From: Octopus vulgaris
Lineage: Eukaryota
Reading direction: 5' to 3'
Length of the DNA: 64,000 nucleotides
NCBI GenBank assembly: GCA_951406725.2
Contig: OX597835.1
Location: 39,804,001-39,868,000 of the forward strand
In this document: positions 30,222-44,819 of the stretch, in pieces
Position numbering within the stretch: position 1 is the first letter of the stretch
Layout: each line of letters starts with the position of its first letter
Program-made: the position numbers and the translations under genes
The notes under the pieces: generated by a model
Told to the model about the DNA's origin: nothing
The model's database searches: none
The model's input: the letters and a program-made list of their open reading frames with translations, nothing else

Positions 30222-30355
30222 GTGTATATATATGTGTATATATATGTATATATATATATGTATGTATATATACATATATATACATACAAATATACATATA
30301 TATATATATATACACACATATATATATATACACACATATATATATATACACATAT

Positions 30356-30429
<74 letters not shown>

Positions 30430-31070
30430 GCACGGTGTTTTTACACCTTTTATCATAAGAGAGAAGTATCTTTCCCTGGTAACTGCAATGAATTTGACTT
30501 TAGAAGATGGAATATATCAAAGAAATTTTAACTAACCCAAAGTTTGCCTATACCTAAATATTGCTTATATATACAGACGGAGAAGAAGGCTAACAAACTT
30601 CGATGTCACAGTCATTTTTCTTGCAAAATTACAGCATGTATTTTACACAATATATAGAAAGTATAGTGCAATTCTTGAGTTTAATGTTGAATTATTTTTA
30701 TTATAACTCGACCACTAATATAGAACTCTGTGTGGGTGTGTATGTTTGCTTCCGCGTATGTGTGTGCATGTGTGTGTATGTACGTATGTGTGTCTGTGCG
30801 TATGTGTGTGTTTGTGCGTAGGTGCGAAATTGTCCTGTCATGTGACTGCATTGTCACAATGTTCATGTTTTGTTCTGTATGGCAAATTGAAAGGGAGGAA
30901 CAACTGTTGTCTGCATTGAAATTGAGACGAGGCGAAGGGTCATCACATCTGGATCACTGGAAGAGAAGGCACTGGGACACACGCGTACACACATAAACAC
31001 ACACGCACACACGTTCATGCATACATATGTATGTACGTACATACTCACATACGTACATACACACACACAC

Positions 31071-31116
<46 letters not shown>

Positions 31117-31158
31117 TATGTATATATATACATATATACAAACACACATATATAAATA

Positions 31159-31197
<39 letters not shown>

Positions 31198-31204
31198 GTA
31201 TATA

Positions 31205-31254
<50 letters not shown>

Positions 31255-31255
31255 T

Positions 31256-31338
<83 letters not shown>

Positions 31339-31425
31339 TGTATATATATACATGTATATAATATATATATATATATATGGCCACAGCATGGCCACAGCTC
31401 ATTAGCTGAAACTGGAAAAATCAAA

Positions 31426-31513
<88 letters not shown>

Positions 31514-31970
31514 TACGTAGAATATATACGTGAGTGTTTGTGTAAGTTTGAATGATTTTGCTGTTTCTTCTGTCTTTCTTTCTTCTTTCATTGTTTCCCC
31601 GCATTTTTTGTTGCTTTTTTTTATCATTCTTTTCCTTTCCCTATTTTTTTTTTTCATTTTTTTTCTTTGCCTATTCGATGCTAAATAAAGTATTTCGGAC
31701 TAAGTACGTAAATGCTGAACACCTGACTCAGCTGTTTTTACTCTAAGCACTCAAAGAGATGCATTTGTCACTATTTGATGAGTTATATTAATTGATGCAA
31801 TGTTGTTTGGTAATGTAAGTGGCATTTAGCAAGGAACAGCGGATAGCAATGAGCTGAAACAATTGTAGTGATATGTAATAAACAAAAAACATATTCAGTC
31901 CATCTCTTCTTATTAATATTTTTAAATATATACATACATACATACATACATACATACATACATACATACA

Positions 31971-32006
<36 letters not shown>

Positions 32007-32070
32007 TATATATGTTGATTCGCTAGCTTCTGCACGCAATTTTTTTCTTTCCTTGTTTCTTTTCTGTGTA

Positions 32071-32108
32071 TCTTTCTGTCGAAGAGCGTAGGCTCGAAAC
32101 ATAAAAGA
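32071..32108 (+). ncRNA. Minimal hammerhead-like motif with non-canonical CUGUCGA core, within a (TA)n-flanked repeat (about 32013-32200)
   Basis: TCTTT-CTGTCGA-A-GAGC(GTAG)GCTC-GAAAC-ATA-AAAGA; decayed copies at about 60477-60505 and 61057-61094. Confidence 0.5.
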
Positions 32109-32200
32109 CTTGTATTTCAATTCCTGAGCGCCATACTAATACAATTGTTTGTTTGTATTCCACCTGCCGTCGTCTTTTGTTTATTTTCATAAAGCTTCCC

Positions 32201-32242
<42 letters not shown>

Positions 32243-32249
<7 letters not shown>

Positions 32250-32637
32250 GAAAAAACACCTTTTATAAATTCAAAATGAACAATTAAATTACACCATCTT
32301 GAAAATTACATATAATAGAAAAATTAAAATTAAAATAACAATAAAATGTCAAAGATTAAGTAAATAGCAAAAAATAATAATAACGTATATATACGTTTTT
32401 ATTATTATTTTGGGGAATTTACTTAATCTTTGACATTTTATTGTTATTTTAATTTTTCGATTATATGTAATTTTCAAGATGGTGTAATTTAATTGTTCAT
32501 TTTGAATTGATAAAAGATGGGGTGGTTTTTCTAATTTTTTATATATATATTATATTATGTAAAATTTGATTTAGTATTTCTAAATTGAATTTTTTTCTTT
32601 GTAAGTTTGGATTTTAGTCCCTCAAATAATAATTATG
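32243..32637. repeat. About 300-bp AT-rich fold-back palindrome plus a single-arm extension (extension repeated at about 14660-14760)
   Basis: Arms of about 150 bp centred on AACGTATATATACGTT (32382-32397); flanked by (TA)n. Confidence 0.85.
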
Positions 32638-32886
32638 TATATATATATATATATATAGTTGGATGTATATCCACGCGAGTTGGTGTATATACATTTATTG
32701 AGATAAATGTACAAGGGAGAAGGACAATAACCGTAAACTGCTCGGGTCTTTCATCGATTACATTCCCGTTGTGCATTTTGCGGTTTCGGTTCACACGTAA
32801 AAAGATGGACACAAGCAGACACACGCGAGTAAGGGACAGGCACATGCACACGCACGCACACAGACCACACAAAAATACTCCCACAA

Positions 32887-32941
<55 letters not shown>

Positions 32942-33079
32942 TGCATGCATTCATGTCTATATACACATACATGTTGCCATAATCCTATATATAGAATCAC
33001 ATGAAAATATACATCAATATTATGCGTATATAATTGTGTATCTACGTGTGTGTATGTATATCTATGCATATATCTATAC

Positions 33080-33174
<95 letters not shown>

Positions 33175-33553
33175 TATATACATACGTACTCGTATACATA
33201 TAGTGACAAATTTGAATTTAGTACAAGCAAATGTACAAGCACGTGTGTATTTGTATGAATATGCAAATTTACATGTATATATAAACATATATTTATATAT
33301 ATGTGTGCATGTATATAAATATGTATATGTATGTATGTATTTCTGTATAAGTACCTACATATAGATATATATAAGTCAAAAGGTCGGTATATATGAAGGT
33401 GTGTATTTATGTTGTGCTATTTAAAAATATAATATATATTATACATATATGTATATATATATATTATACATATACACATATATATATACATATATACTTA
33501 TATACATAGATATATACACACACACACGCACTCATATTTATATATATATACAC

Positions 33554-33790
33554 ACTGAGTCGAAACAGGGGCAGCTGAAGAAGAGGAATATTCCTTGAAT
33601 TGTTTGTCTTGAACTCTGTTTTTTTTTTTGTTGTTAAAAAAAGTCCGTTTCCTTCATTGATTTTGTTTTTGTTTTTCGTTGTGTTCTACGTTTATTTGTG
33701 GTGTCCTGTACTCATATATGCATGTATATATATACATATAGATGTAGGTATATACATATATGTATGTATGCATATGTTTGATTTATTAAA
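33554..33790 (+). repeat. (TA)n-flanked short repeat; partial inverted copy at about 24120-24270
   Basis: Shared CGTTGTGTTCTACG...GGTGTCCTGTAC.CATATATGCA.GTATATATA..CATATAGATGTAGGTAT. Confidence 0.7.
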
Positions 33791-33801
33791 TTGTTATTTA
33801 T

Positions 33802-33854
<53 letters not shown>

Positions 33855-33859
33855 TTTGA

Positions 33860-34228
33860 ATAATAAGAGTAAAAAATTAATATTAATATTTGATTAATAT
33901 CAATTTAAACCAGTGGGTTAGCATATAGAAAACTCTGAGGATTCAGAAAAATTATATTGCATTCATATAAGAGGGATGACCACTAGGTGGACATCCAATA
34001 TGCTAAATGTATACCTCATATAGTCTGACCACTAAGGAAAAATTGTTCTCAAGAAAATTCAGCGAACGCCAGAACGCAAGCGAGCAAGTCAACTGAAAAG
34101 AACATTTGTCTTGCTCACTCACGTTCTGGCGTTTGCCGAATTTTCTTGAGAACAATTTTTCCTTAGTGGTCAGACTATATGAGATCAACATTTAGCACAT
34201 TGGATGTCCACCTAGTGGTCATCCGTCT
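33860..34228. repeat. (TA)n-flanked element with a ~125-bp-arm inverted repeat (33971-34228); relatives at about 690-832 and 38530-38647
   Basis: GATGACCACTAGGTGGACATCCAAT...GAGCAAG and CTTGCTC...ATTGGATGTCCACCTAGTGGTCATC. Confidence 0.85.
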
Positions 34229-34338
<110 letters not shown>

Positions 34339-34710
34339 AGTAGATGAATGAATTATCCTAGTATGGATAATTCTGTTAATCGATATATATATATATGTAT
34401 TATAAATTTATATATATATGTATATATATATACATCATATGTATTATAGATATATATGATATATATATAGATATATATGATATATATTATAGATATATAA
34501 TATAAAACATATATAGATATTGTGTATACATTATATATATAACATATATATATGTGTATATATATATATATATATATACGCATATATATATATTTTATAT
34601 TAAATATATGTATATATTATATAGATATATATATATCAAATACACACATAAATATATATACATACATTCTATATTCATGAAAATTATATCGGACGCAGCT
34701 GTACATAATG

Positions 34711-34752
<42 letters not shown>

Positions 34753-34828
34753 CAAAATAGGAGTTTTTTTTCTCTACATACATATATACATACATGCATA
34801 CATATATACATACATGCATACATATATA

Positions 34829-34907
<79 letters not shown>

Positions 34908-35016
34908 CATGTATGTATATATGTATGTAGAGAAAAAAAACTCCTATTTTGTTATAAGCGCCTCCGCGTTCGAGAACAAATTATCCTCTTTTTTTGTATC
35001 TAACTATCTCTTCCTT

Positions 35017-35063
<47 letters not shown>

Positions 35064-35941
35064 TATATATCATATATTATATTATATATTATATATTATT
35101 TACATTATATTATGTGTGTGTGTGTGTGCATTCGAGAATAAATTGTATCTCTCACTCTCTCTCTCTCTCTCTCTCTCTCTTTATATATAGATATATATAT
35201 ATATGTACATACATCTACTTATGTATATATTTATATATATATATATATCTTAGACATTAACATATATAAATATATTCACAAATATGGCATGTGTATACAC
35301 GCTCCATATGTGTGTGTGTGTGTGAGCGGGCGCATTCTAAAATTTGGGGAAGGATGATAGTAACTTAGCTTTATATATGTTATTAAATATTTATTTATTT
35401 TAAATATTTATTTAATCAAATATCTAAAATAAAATATTTTAACTTATTATTAAAATTCTTGAATCCCCTCGTAGGCGCGATTTTATAGCTCCACACACAA
35501 ACATAAACACAACCACACACTTATACATACATACACACACACATACACATGTAGGATTAAATATATAAATATAAATATGTCCGTATCCATGTATGTGTGT
35601 ATGCCACAACTGGAAGGCATATTTCAGAATTTACCATGGAAAACTACAAATCTTATTTTAACTATTTGATTACATATCTATAAAAAGGAAAAGTCTTGGG
35701 TTGCTTTAGACTACATCTTAAATTCCGAAACGACACCCTCTCACATACATATATAAAAGTATGCAGCGAATATACTACAACGATTCATATTTATTACTTC
35801 ATTTTTCTAACACAAAATCTTCATTCAAAATATTCAAGTTTGATGTTTTTTATCCAATTAACATTTTAATATTTTATCGAGCGTTTAATCTCACTTATGC
35901 GTATAATATTACAAGTTATACATGTACAATTTTATATAGGT

Positions 35942-36105
<164 letters not shown>

Positions 36106-36106
36106 A

Positions 36107-36527
36107 TGGCTGTGTGGTAAGTAGCTTGCTTCTCAACCACATGGTTCTGGGTTCAGTCTCACTGCGTGGCATCTTGGGGAAGTATCTCCTACTATATAGC
36201 CTCGGGAACGAAAGCCTTGACAGATACACGGAAACTGGAATATCTTCATCATATGTATATATATTTGTGTGTGAGTGTGTGTTTGTGTGTGTGTGTGTGC
36301 GTGCGTGCGTGTGTGTGTATGTGTCTGTCACCCCGCCAACCCTTCCAAACCGCTTCTGGCATGTTTATGTCCGCGTAACATAGCGGTTCGGCCAAAATGA
36401 CCGATAGAATGAGTACTAGGCTTACAAAGAATAAGTCCTGGCGTCGATTTCTTCGACTAACACCCTTTACGGTTGTGCTCCAGCATCGCCGCAGTCAAAT
36501 GACTGAAACAAGTAAAAGAATAAAAGA
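36107..36527 (+). mobile_element. SINE family A copy
   Basis: Head TGGCTGTGTGGTAAGTAGC to tail CAGTCAAATGACTGAAACAAGTAAAAG. Confidence 0.85.
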
Positions 36528-36552
36528 ATGAAAGAATTTATATATATCCATA

Positions 36553-36599
<47 letters not shown>

Positions 36600-36689
36600 T
36601 ATATATATACATTATATATATATATATGTATATATATATATGAACACACACATTTATATATGTATGTGTGTATGTATATATACACACAT

Positions 36690-36730
<41 letters not shown>

Positions 36731-36756
36731 GATACATATATACATACATATATACG

Positions 36757-36798
<42 letters not shown>

Positions 36799-36820
36799 TC
36801 ATCTACATATATACACATGA

Positions 36821-36863
<43 letters not shown>

Positions 36864-37365
36864 GCAATATATATATATGTACATAATATATGTGTATATG
36901 AGTGAATGTGTGTATATGAGTCTACTAGTGAGAGAGTGAGGGTGAGAGTGAGACAGAGACAGACAAAATGCTCCTTTATAGGTGTGTGTTTATCTAATCA
37001 TATCAATCAACATACATCTATCAAGAAAAATCTTTATTCAAGATTTAATTAGAATAATTTCAGACATATTCCAGGCAAGTCATCACAATCAAACCTTCAT
37101 ACACACATTATCACACACACACACACACCACACACAATCTATACACCGGTCTTAAATTTCTAGTGAACCTGGTCGAATCCCCAATTTCACGTAAAACCGA
37201 ATCATTCTTTGGTTTTCGTAGAAATACGGCTGTACTACTTCAACAGTAACAGACTTTATAATTGCCCAGCAACAACATTCGTGCGCGCGTATATGTGTAG
37301 ATTGATAGATAGATAGATAGATAGACAGATGGATTTACACATCTGTGTATGTATATATATGCGTG

Positions 37366-37431
<66 letters not shown>

Positions 37432-37447
37432 TGTATATATATATATG

Positions 37448-37541
<94 letters not shown>

Positions 37542-37765
37542 TATATATACGCACGTACACACACACACGCACATATATGTATATACACGGTTCAAAATTG
37601 TACAAAAAACAAGACAATGTCTTTCACGCTCAGAGAAAATGGAAGTCTTTGACGTTTCAAGCGACGCGTTTTTTTTATAATACATACATACATGCATATA
37701 TATAAAAAAAAATATGCGTGTGAGTGTGTGTGTTTGTATTATACCTACACACACACACACACACA

Positions 37766-37807
<42 letters not shown>

Positions 37808-38198
37808 TTTTGTATAATCTCTGTATTGTGTACAGGTAAATACATTAATGAATAATATTCCATCATGGAATATTTTAATTATGTATTTTTTTTTATCAAA
37901 TTTCTCTATATTACCATAATCTTCATGTAGCGGTAGCAATAAACAAGTCTAAAAATTCAATTGTCGATTAGTACTGCTACTCCATAAACCCGAGGAGTCC
38001 AGAAGTATGAAAGTATAAATGTGACTTAACGTGTACTACTGTAAAATTGTAAACAACACAGAAGTTTAAAACATGAGAAATCGGATGGGTGCTCAGTGAC
38101 TAAAATATAGACACGGATACATGCACAACACAAATATTCAAATCTATGCATATTTATACTTATGTATATATATGTATATATATCTTTATATATATATA

Positions 38199-38230
<32 letters not shown>

Positions 38231-38403
38231 TATTTTATAGAAGGAGCTTCTACAGGACCAGAACTGTTTCATTCAGATGAAGATTTCATTTGAATGAAAC
38301 AGTTCTAGTCATGTAGAAGCTCCTTCCATAAAATAAATTAATTTACTCTGCTATGTATTGAGTACCTTATTTACTGTGGTTAACCCCGACTCAACCCGGG
38401 ACC

Positions 38404-38406
<3 letters not shown>
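38231..38406. repeat. (TA)n-flanked element with a 5' fold-back hairpin (about 51-bp arms); second copy at 60681-60816
   Basis: TAGAAGGAGCTTCTACAGGA...TC(A/C)TGTAGAAGCTCCTTC, followed by a shared tail ending CAACCCGGGACCTAC. Confidence 0.85.
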
Positions 38407-38468
<62 letters not shown>

Positions 38469-38689
38469 ATGTATATGTATATATATATATATATAATATA
38501 CATATTTATGTATATATACAAATTTAAATTATAATGGTGAAAAATTGAATATTAATTTGATTAATATCAATTTAAAACCAGTGGTCAGACCATATGGGAT
38601 CTACCTCTAGCATAATGGATGTCCACTCGTTGGTCATCCCTCTTATATGCATATATACATATATGTGTGTGTGTGTGTAAATGAATGTG

Positions 38690-38764
<75 letters not shown>

Positions 38765-38887
38765 TCTTAAAAATGTACCACACTCTCCGGGAGATATGTC
38801 AAAACGATAAAAAATTAAAACGAAAATAATGTGTTGTTTAATTTATTCCGCATTCTTTGGTATTATTAATTGGTATATAAGAACTAG

Positions 38888-38940
<53 letters not shown>

Positions 38941-39237
38941 TGCACGTCTGTATGAAGGCATGCATGCATGGATGACATGTATGCTTATAAGTAAGAATGA
39001 AATTTTTAAGTAAATATAGGTTCGTTAAATTTCCTTAAACGAGTCTTCCATAACCTTGCAAGATCGCTAAACGAAACACTTTTTTATACATTAAGTCATA
39101 ACGAATACATCACGTTGCGACTTTTTACGTTTTAAGTGATTTCATTAAGCACAAATCTGTATATGTGCGTGCGTGTGAGTATGTGCATGTGCGTTTGTGT
39201 GTGTGTGCGTGTGGTGTGTGGTGTGATCCTTTATGCA

Positions 39238-39278
<41 letters not shown>

Positions 39279-39309
39279 ATATATATATATATATATTTAT
39301 ATATGTTTG

Positions 39310-39341
<32 letters not shown>

Positions 39342-39376
39342 TATTATATACATGTGTGTGTGTGTGTGTATGTATG

Positions 39377-39418
<42 letters not shown>

Positions 39419-39583
39419 TCATGCATTTCTGCACCCGTATACTTACATAAATATGCATGTATCAATCTATATGTAGAGAGATAGATAGATAAATAGATAG
39501 ATTTATAAATATACATAAATATTAATTTATATGTATATATATGCATGTGTGTATTTGTGAATATATATATGTACGCGTGCATG

Positions 39584-39619
<36 letters not shown>

Positions 39620-39892
39620 TATATATATATTTATCCATACAGATATATAAAAACAAATAATTATGTACATATATAGACATATATATTTGTATATTATATG
39701 TATATATGCGCATATACACGAATATGGCATGACTTATATAGATACATATATATAGGAATATCTTTAGATTTGTAAATAGTCATTAATATATGTGTGTGTA
39801 TTTCTATGTGCCTCTGCGTGTTCAAACGCACACACACAAACACATGCACACACACACGCACTCGGCCTCACACACACACACATATGTGTGTG

Positions 39893-39982
<90 letters not shown>

Positions 39983-40371
39983 ATATAGAAAATATGCAAG
40001 ATTTTGCTGTATAGATATGGTATATATTGATAAAAGATTTCATCGAGGTATTAGTTATGTCTAGCTTAATTATGTGTGATCATTATCAAATGTTAATTAA
40101 CATGGAAGTAACCATTCTCTTGAGTCATTTGCATGGAAATATTTCATGTAAACTAATATGTGTAATACGTATGGACGTGCATGTATGGTTGTGTGTGTTT
40201 GTTTGCATGAGTGTGTGAATGTGTAGCTATATATATACACACATGCATATATATATGAACAGAGAGAGAGATACATAGATACATCGATGGATAGATACAT
40301 ACATACACACATACATACATACGTACATATATACCTACATTCATGCATACACACACACACATATTTTTATA

Positions 40372-40411
<40 letters not shown>

Positions 40412-40435
40412 ATATACATATATATATGTATATGT

Positions 40436-40469
<34 letters not shown>

Positions 40470-40566
40470 GTTTATATATACTGCCTGTATATGTATACAT
40501 ATTGTATATACATTTATATACTTATATGCGTTATTGTGTAAATTATTTATGAGTGAATGTGTATAT

Positions 40567-40615
<49 letters not shown>

Positions 40616-40666
40616 ATATATATACAGTTATGTATACATATATATATATATATTCATATATATATG

Positions 40667-40715
<49 letters not shown>

Positions 40716-40739
40716 ATACATAAACACACATGCTACCAA

Positions 40740-40770
<31 letters not shown>

Positions 40771-41304
40771 AACACACACACTTACCCACACGCACATACA
40801 CACATACATACCGTTATATACTGTAATTATAGTTCAAGATTAGGATGGCCGCATATTCAATATGTATCCTCGATTTGGAATTTTAGTTCCTTGACCGACT
40901 TCGAAGTCACTATCCATGGAATTACAATTATAAACGTACCCGAATCTTTTAGTCCTTTTTACACGCAATGCGCTTGTTTAATGAGTATAAAAGCACCTAT
41001 TTGAAATCATGTGGTGACATTACTGGGCCCCTGTATCCATAGGTGTTTTGTTGAAGAACACCAAATGCATACATATATATATATACATGCATGCATACAT
41101 ATATATATATACATGCATGCATATATACATTCTTACATACATACGTGTTATATGTTCTGTAGAATGTCTCATGTGATTGTGTACACACACAATCGTTTTT
41201 TTGTTGTATATTTCGTCCGAGGTCAAACGCATTGTCCGTGTAATTATGCGTATGTTGCTTGTTTGTGTGTAAATGAGTGAATGTGCATGTATACAAATAT
41301 ATTT

Positions 41305-41388
<84 letters not shown>

Positions 41389-41750
41389 GTAATGTTATAC
41401 ATATACACACATATATATATACATTTGAAGTACGTTTAGTAGTATATATATATATAACATGTATTACATATTCATGCGTATATGCGATATATATATAATA
41501 TATATTTCATATATTTATATATATATACTTAATATATAATTTATATATTGATACATATATTGAATAATGTTATATACATATATATATAAGCATACATATA
41601 ATATGCAATGATTTATTTCTTGTTATGTATATAATATATGTATATAAATATGCATGTATACATATATATAAATATATGTTTATATATATATTTAGGTGTG
41701 TGTATATATGTATGTGTATGTATACATACACACACACACTCACACACACG

Positions 41751-41787
<37 letters not shown>

Positions 41788-41808
41788 GTATGTATGTACA
41801 TATATATG

Positions 41809-41938
<130 letters not shown>

Positions 41939-41953
41939 GCAAAGAACGCATGG

Positions 41954-42044
<91 letters not shown>

Positions 42045-42058
42045 CAAAGAACGCATGG

Positions 42059-42111
<53 letters not shown>

Positions 42112-42850
42112 CCATGCGTTTTTAGTAATTACGACTCTACTAAAACATGCTTCTTTTTATTGGTGATGATTTTTTTAATGAAAAAGAATTTGATGTATTA
42201 AATAAATTAACTTGATATACCGTTTCAGTATTATCTGTGTGCACAGAACCGAATTTACATACAATTATGAATGAGATTTTAATTGAAATAAAGAATATTT
42301 TCATATGAAATATCACCAAATTCTAACAATTAATTGAAACACTGTTGTTTCTGTATTTCAAGTAATTTTTAAAATAACCAAGAATTTAGTGAAATTTTGT
42401 AAAACAACAACGGCCTTCCTGTTATTGTATTCATGATTGGAAAATAATTAAATGCGGTGTTCCCAGCATATATTTAGATAAGAGAATGTTTAAATATAAT
42501 ATAAACGTTTTAGAAAGAAAAGATTATGTTATTGAATCAGAGTTGGTCTCAATGGGTCGACACCAAAAGAGATTTTGGACAGTAGTATGTATGTGACTTG
42601 AAATCAGTAGGTCAAGGTTCAGGTTAAGTTCCAAACGTACCATCTGTCAAGTTTACGACTATATTCAACAAGGTAACATTATGCTATGTGTTAATTGTTT
42701 GTAGTGCAGTGTGTTGGTTGGCGTGGTGATGGTCGGAATATGCTGCTGTTTTGCAAAATCAAATCCGTTGTGGGTATAACAGACTTTGTAGACGGGGCAA
42801 AAAACCATTACTTATGTTACTAATTTTGTCAAAGTTAGTCTCACTTATCA

Positions 42851-42913
<63 letters not shown>

Positions 42914-43076
42914 CATATATATATAATAAAATACAAAATGGGACCAGAACGCAAAACATCCGGACAACTAGGTGATACAAAAAAGGACAACAAAATGACG
43001 ATACAAAAAAACAAGGACGGGTTATTCGAAGCCTTTTATCTTCAGTTAAGAACCGGATCATCCTCGCAATTTCGGC

Positions 43077-43133
<57 letters not shown>

Positions 43134-44251
43134 GTACAACTTTTTGATACCCTGCTTTAACACAATGTCTCAATTTAGAATTTCATCAGCATACTTCTCT
43201 CTTACAACACCTTCACAAATACTTTGACACTAGATCATTTCTAAAGTTATTACAGTACATCAACAAATCCTAACAAATATAAAATGCTAAGGGACAGACA
43301 ATCCATGGCAGTGAACTGTATAACACGACCGGGATTTATTTTATCGACACCAAGATGACACAACAAACAGTAGATACCTCCACAGGTTTGAAATTCAGAC
43401 GACAAAGGGACGTAACTATATGCCTCAATACACAGTTCGACATCTTACCGACTGTACTTGTGAACCGATCTGGAAATGCAAGGTTATGTACACGCAGTGA
43501 AATAAATAGATTACAGTAAAGGATGAAAAACACACTACGTTTCGGAGAATTGTCATTTTTCAAAGCGAAAATAGCATAGTCGCAGTAGGACACAAAACAA
43601 TGCGGCTATATATAATATGTAACATTTCATAACTATGTCTAACTTCAGCAACACGGCCATGTGATTAACTGGGGATGAAAATCAGTCGATTAAATTGAAA
43701 TCAGTACAGTGATTGGTGTGTTATTACATAGTCCTCGGAAGGATGAGATTCGAAAAGTTTCAACACAGTATCAAAGCCCACCACAAACAGTCACTCCCTG
43801 TATATAATAGAATATATTCATACTATAGAACACGAAGCTTTCAACTTGTGTCGTGGTACATCCAAAACCTGTAGGATCTGCGGATTTTGCTCGAGTTTTT
43901 GAGTATATAGTTAGAAAATCAGAAAACACCAGTGTATTTAAATAACTTGAATGTTTTTGTGTGCGTGTTTGTGTGTGTGTGTGTGTTTCTTTTTAGCCAG
44001 AAGCAGTGTTGTGTACTTATGACTGTTTTTAAATATTTTAGCAGTCTTTCGAACTTTGTACATATAAGATGGCGGACACGGTGAACCAAACAGCACTGGG
44101 GAAAAAATGAAACGGTAAATAAACAAACAGACGTTAATATTCGTCTACAGTTGACATTGTGAATAATGCGTTCAAATTTTCTTTTAATTAGTAAACTGAA
44201 ACATAATAATTAGTAATATGTAACAAACGTATTTGAAACTTCTACATAAAC

Positions 44252-44354
<103 letters not shown>

Positions 44355-44446
44355 TGTATATATATGTATATATATTTACTTACATATATATATATATGTA
44401 TATATGTATACATATGTATATATGTATATATGTATATGTATATATT

Positions 44447-44491
<45 letters not shown>

Positions 44492-44813
44492 GTATATATA
44501 TATAAATATATATATATAAAATATATATATATATGTGTGTGTGTGTGTATACACATATGAGTGCGTATATATCTGTCTGTTTGTAAAATACAATTATTAC
44601 ATAACATATTATAGCATTTAGGTGCAATATCATAGGGTATAAACTATATAATACAATAATTTGTTGCATAATGAAGTGATAAAACGAAACAATACTGAAA
44701 TGTAAAGAATACGTCCAATGCAATTATAACAAGGCATAATAAAGCAAGAGCAATATGATATTGATATCAGAAAGAGAGGATATAACAAGGATATTAGAAT
44801 ACATGAGGTGAGA

Positions 44814-44819
44814 ACTTAC
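44814..44819 (-). other. 5' splice donor (GTAAGT) of the putative Msx intron
   Basis: Plus strand ACTTAC at 44814-44819 reads GTAAGT on minus, just after the conserved motifs; sequence turns AT-rich and repetitive beyond it. Confidence 0.8.

Noticed and set aside
43160-43192. Minus-strand CTGATGA-AATT-CTA-AATT-GAGAC motif
   Set aside because: GAGA instead of GAAA, G at the cleavage position and no stem I.
44794-44819. C-terminal RKFSPHVF* of the 546-aa ORF
   Set aside because: Lies beyond the GTAAGT donor; read-through into the intron rather than a real C-terminus.
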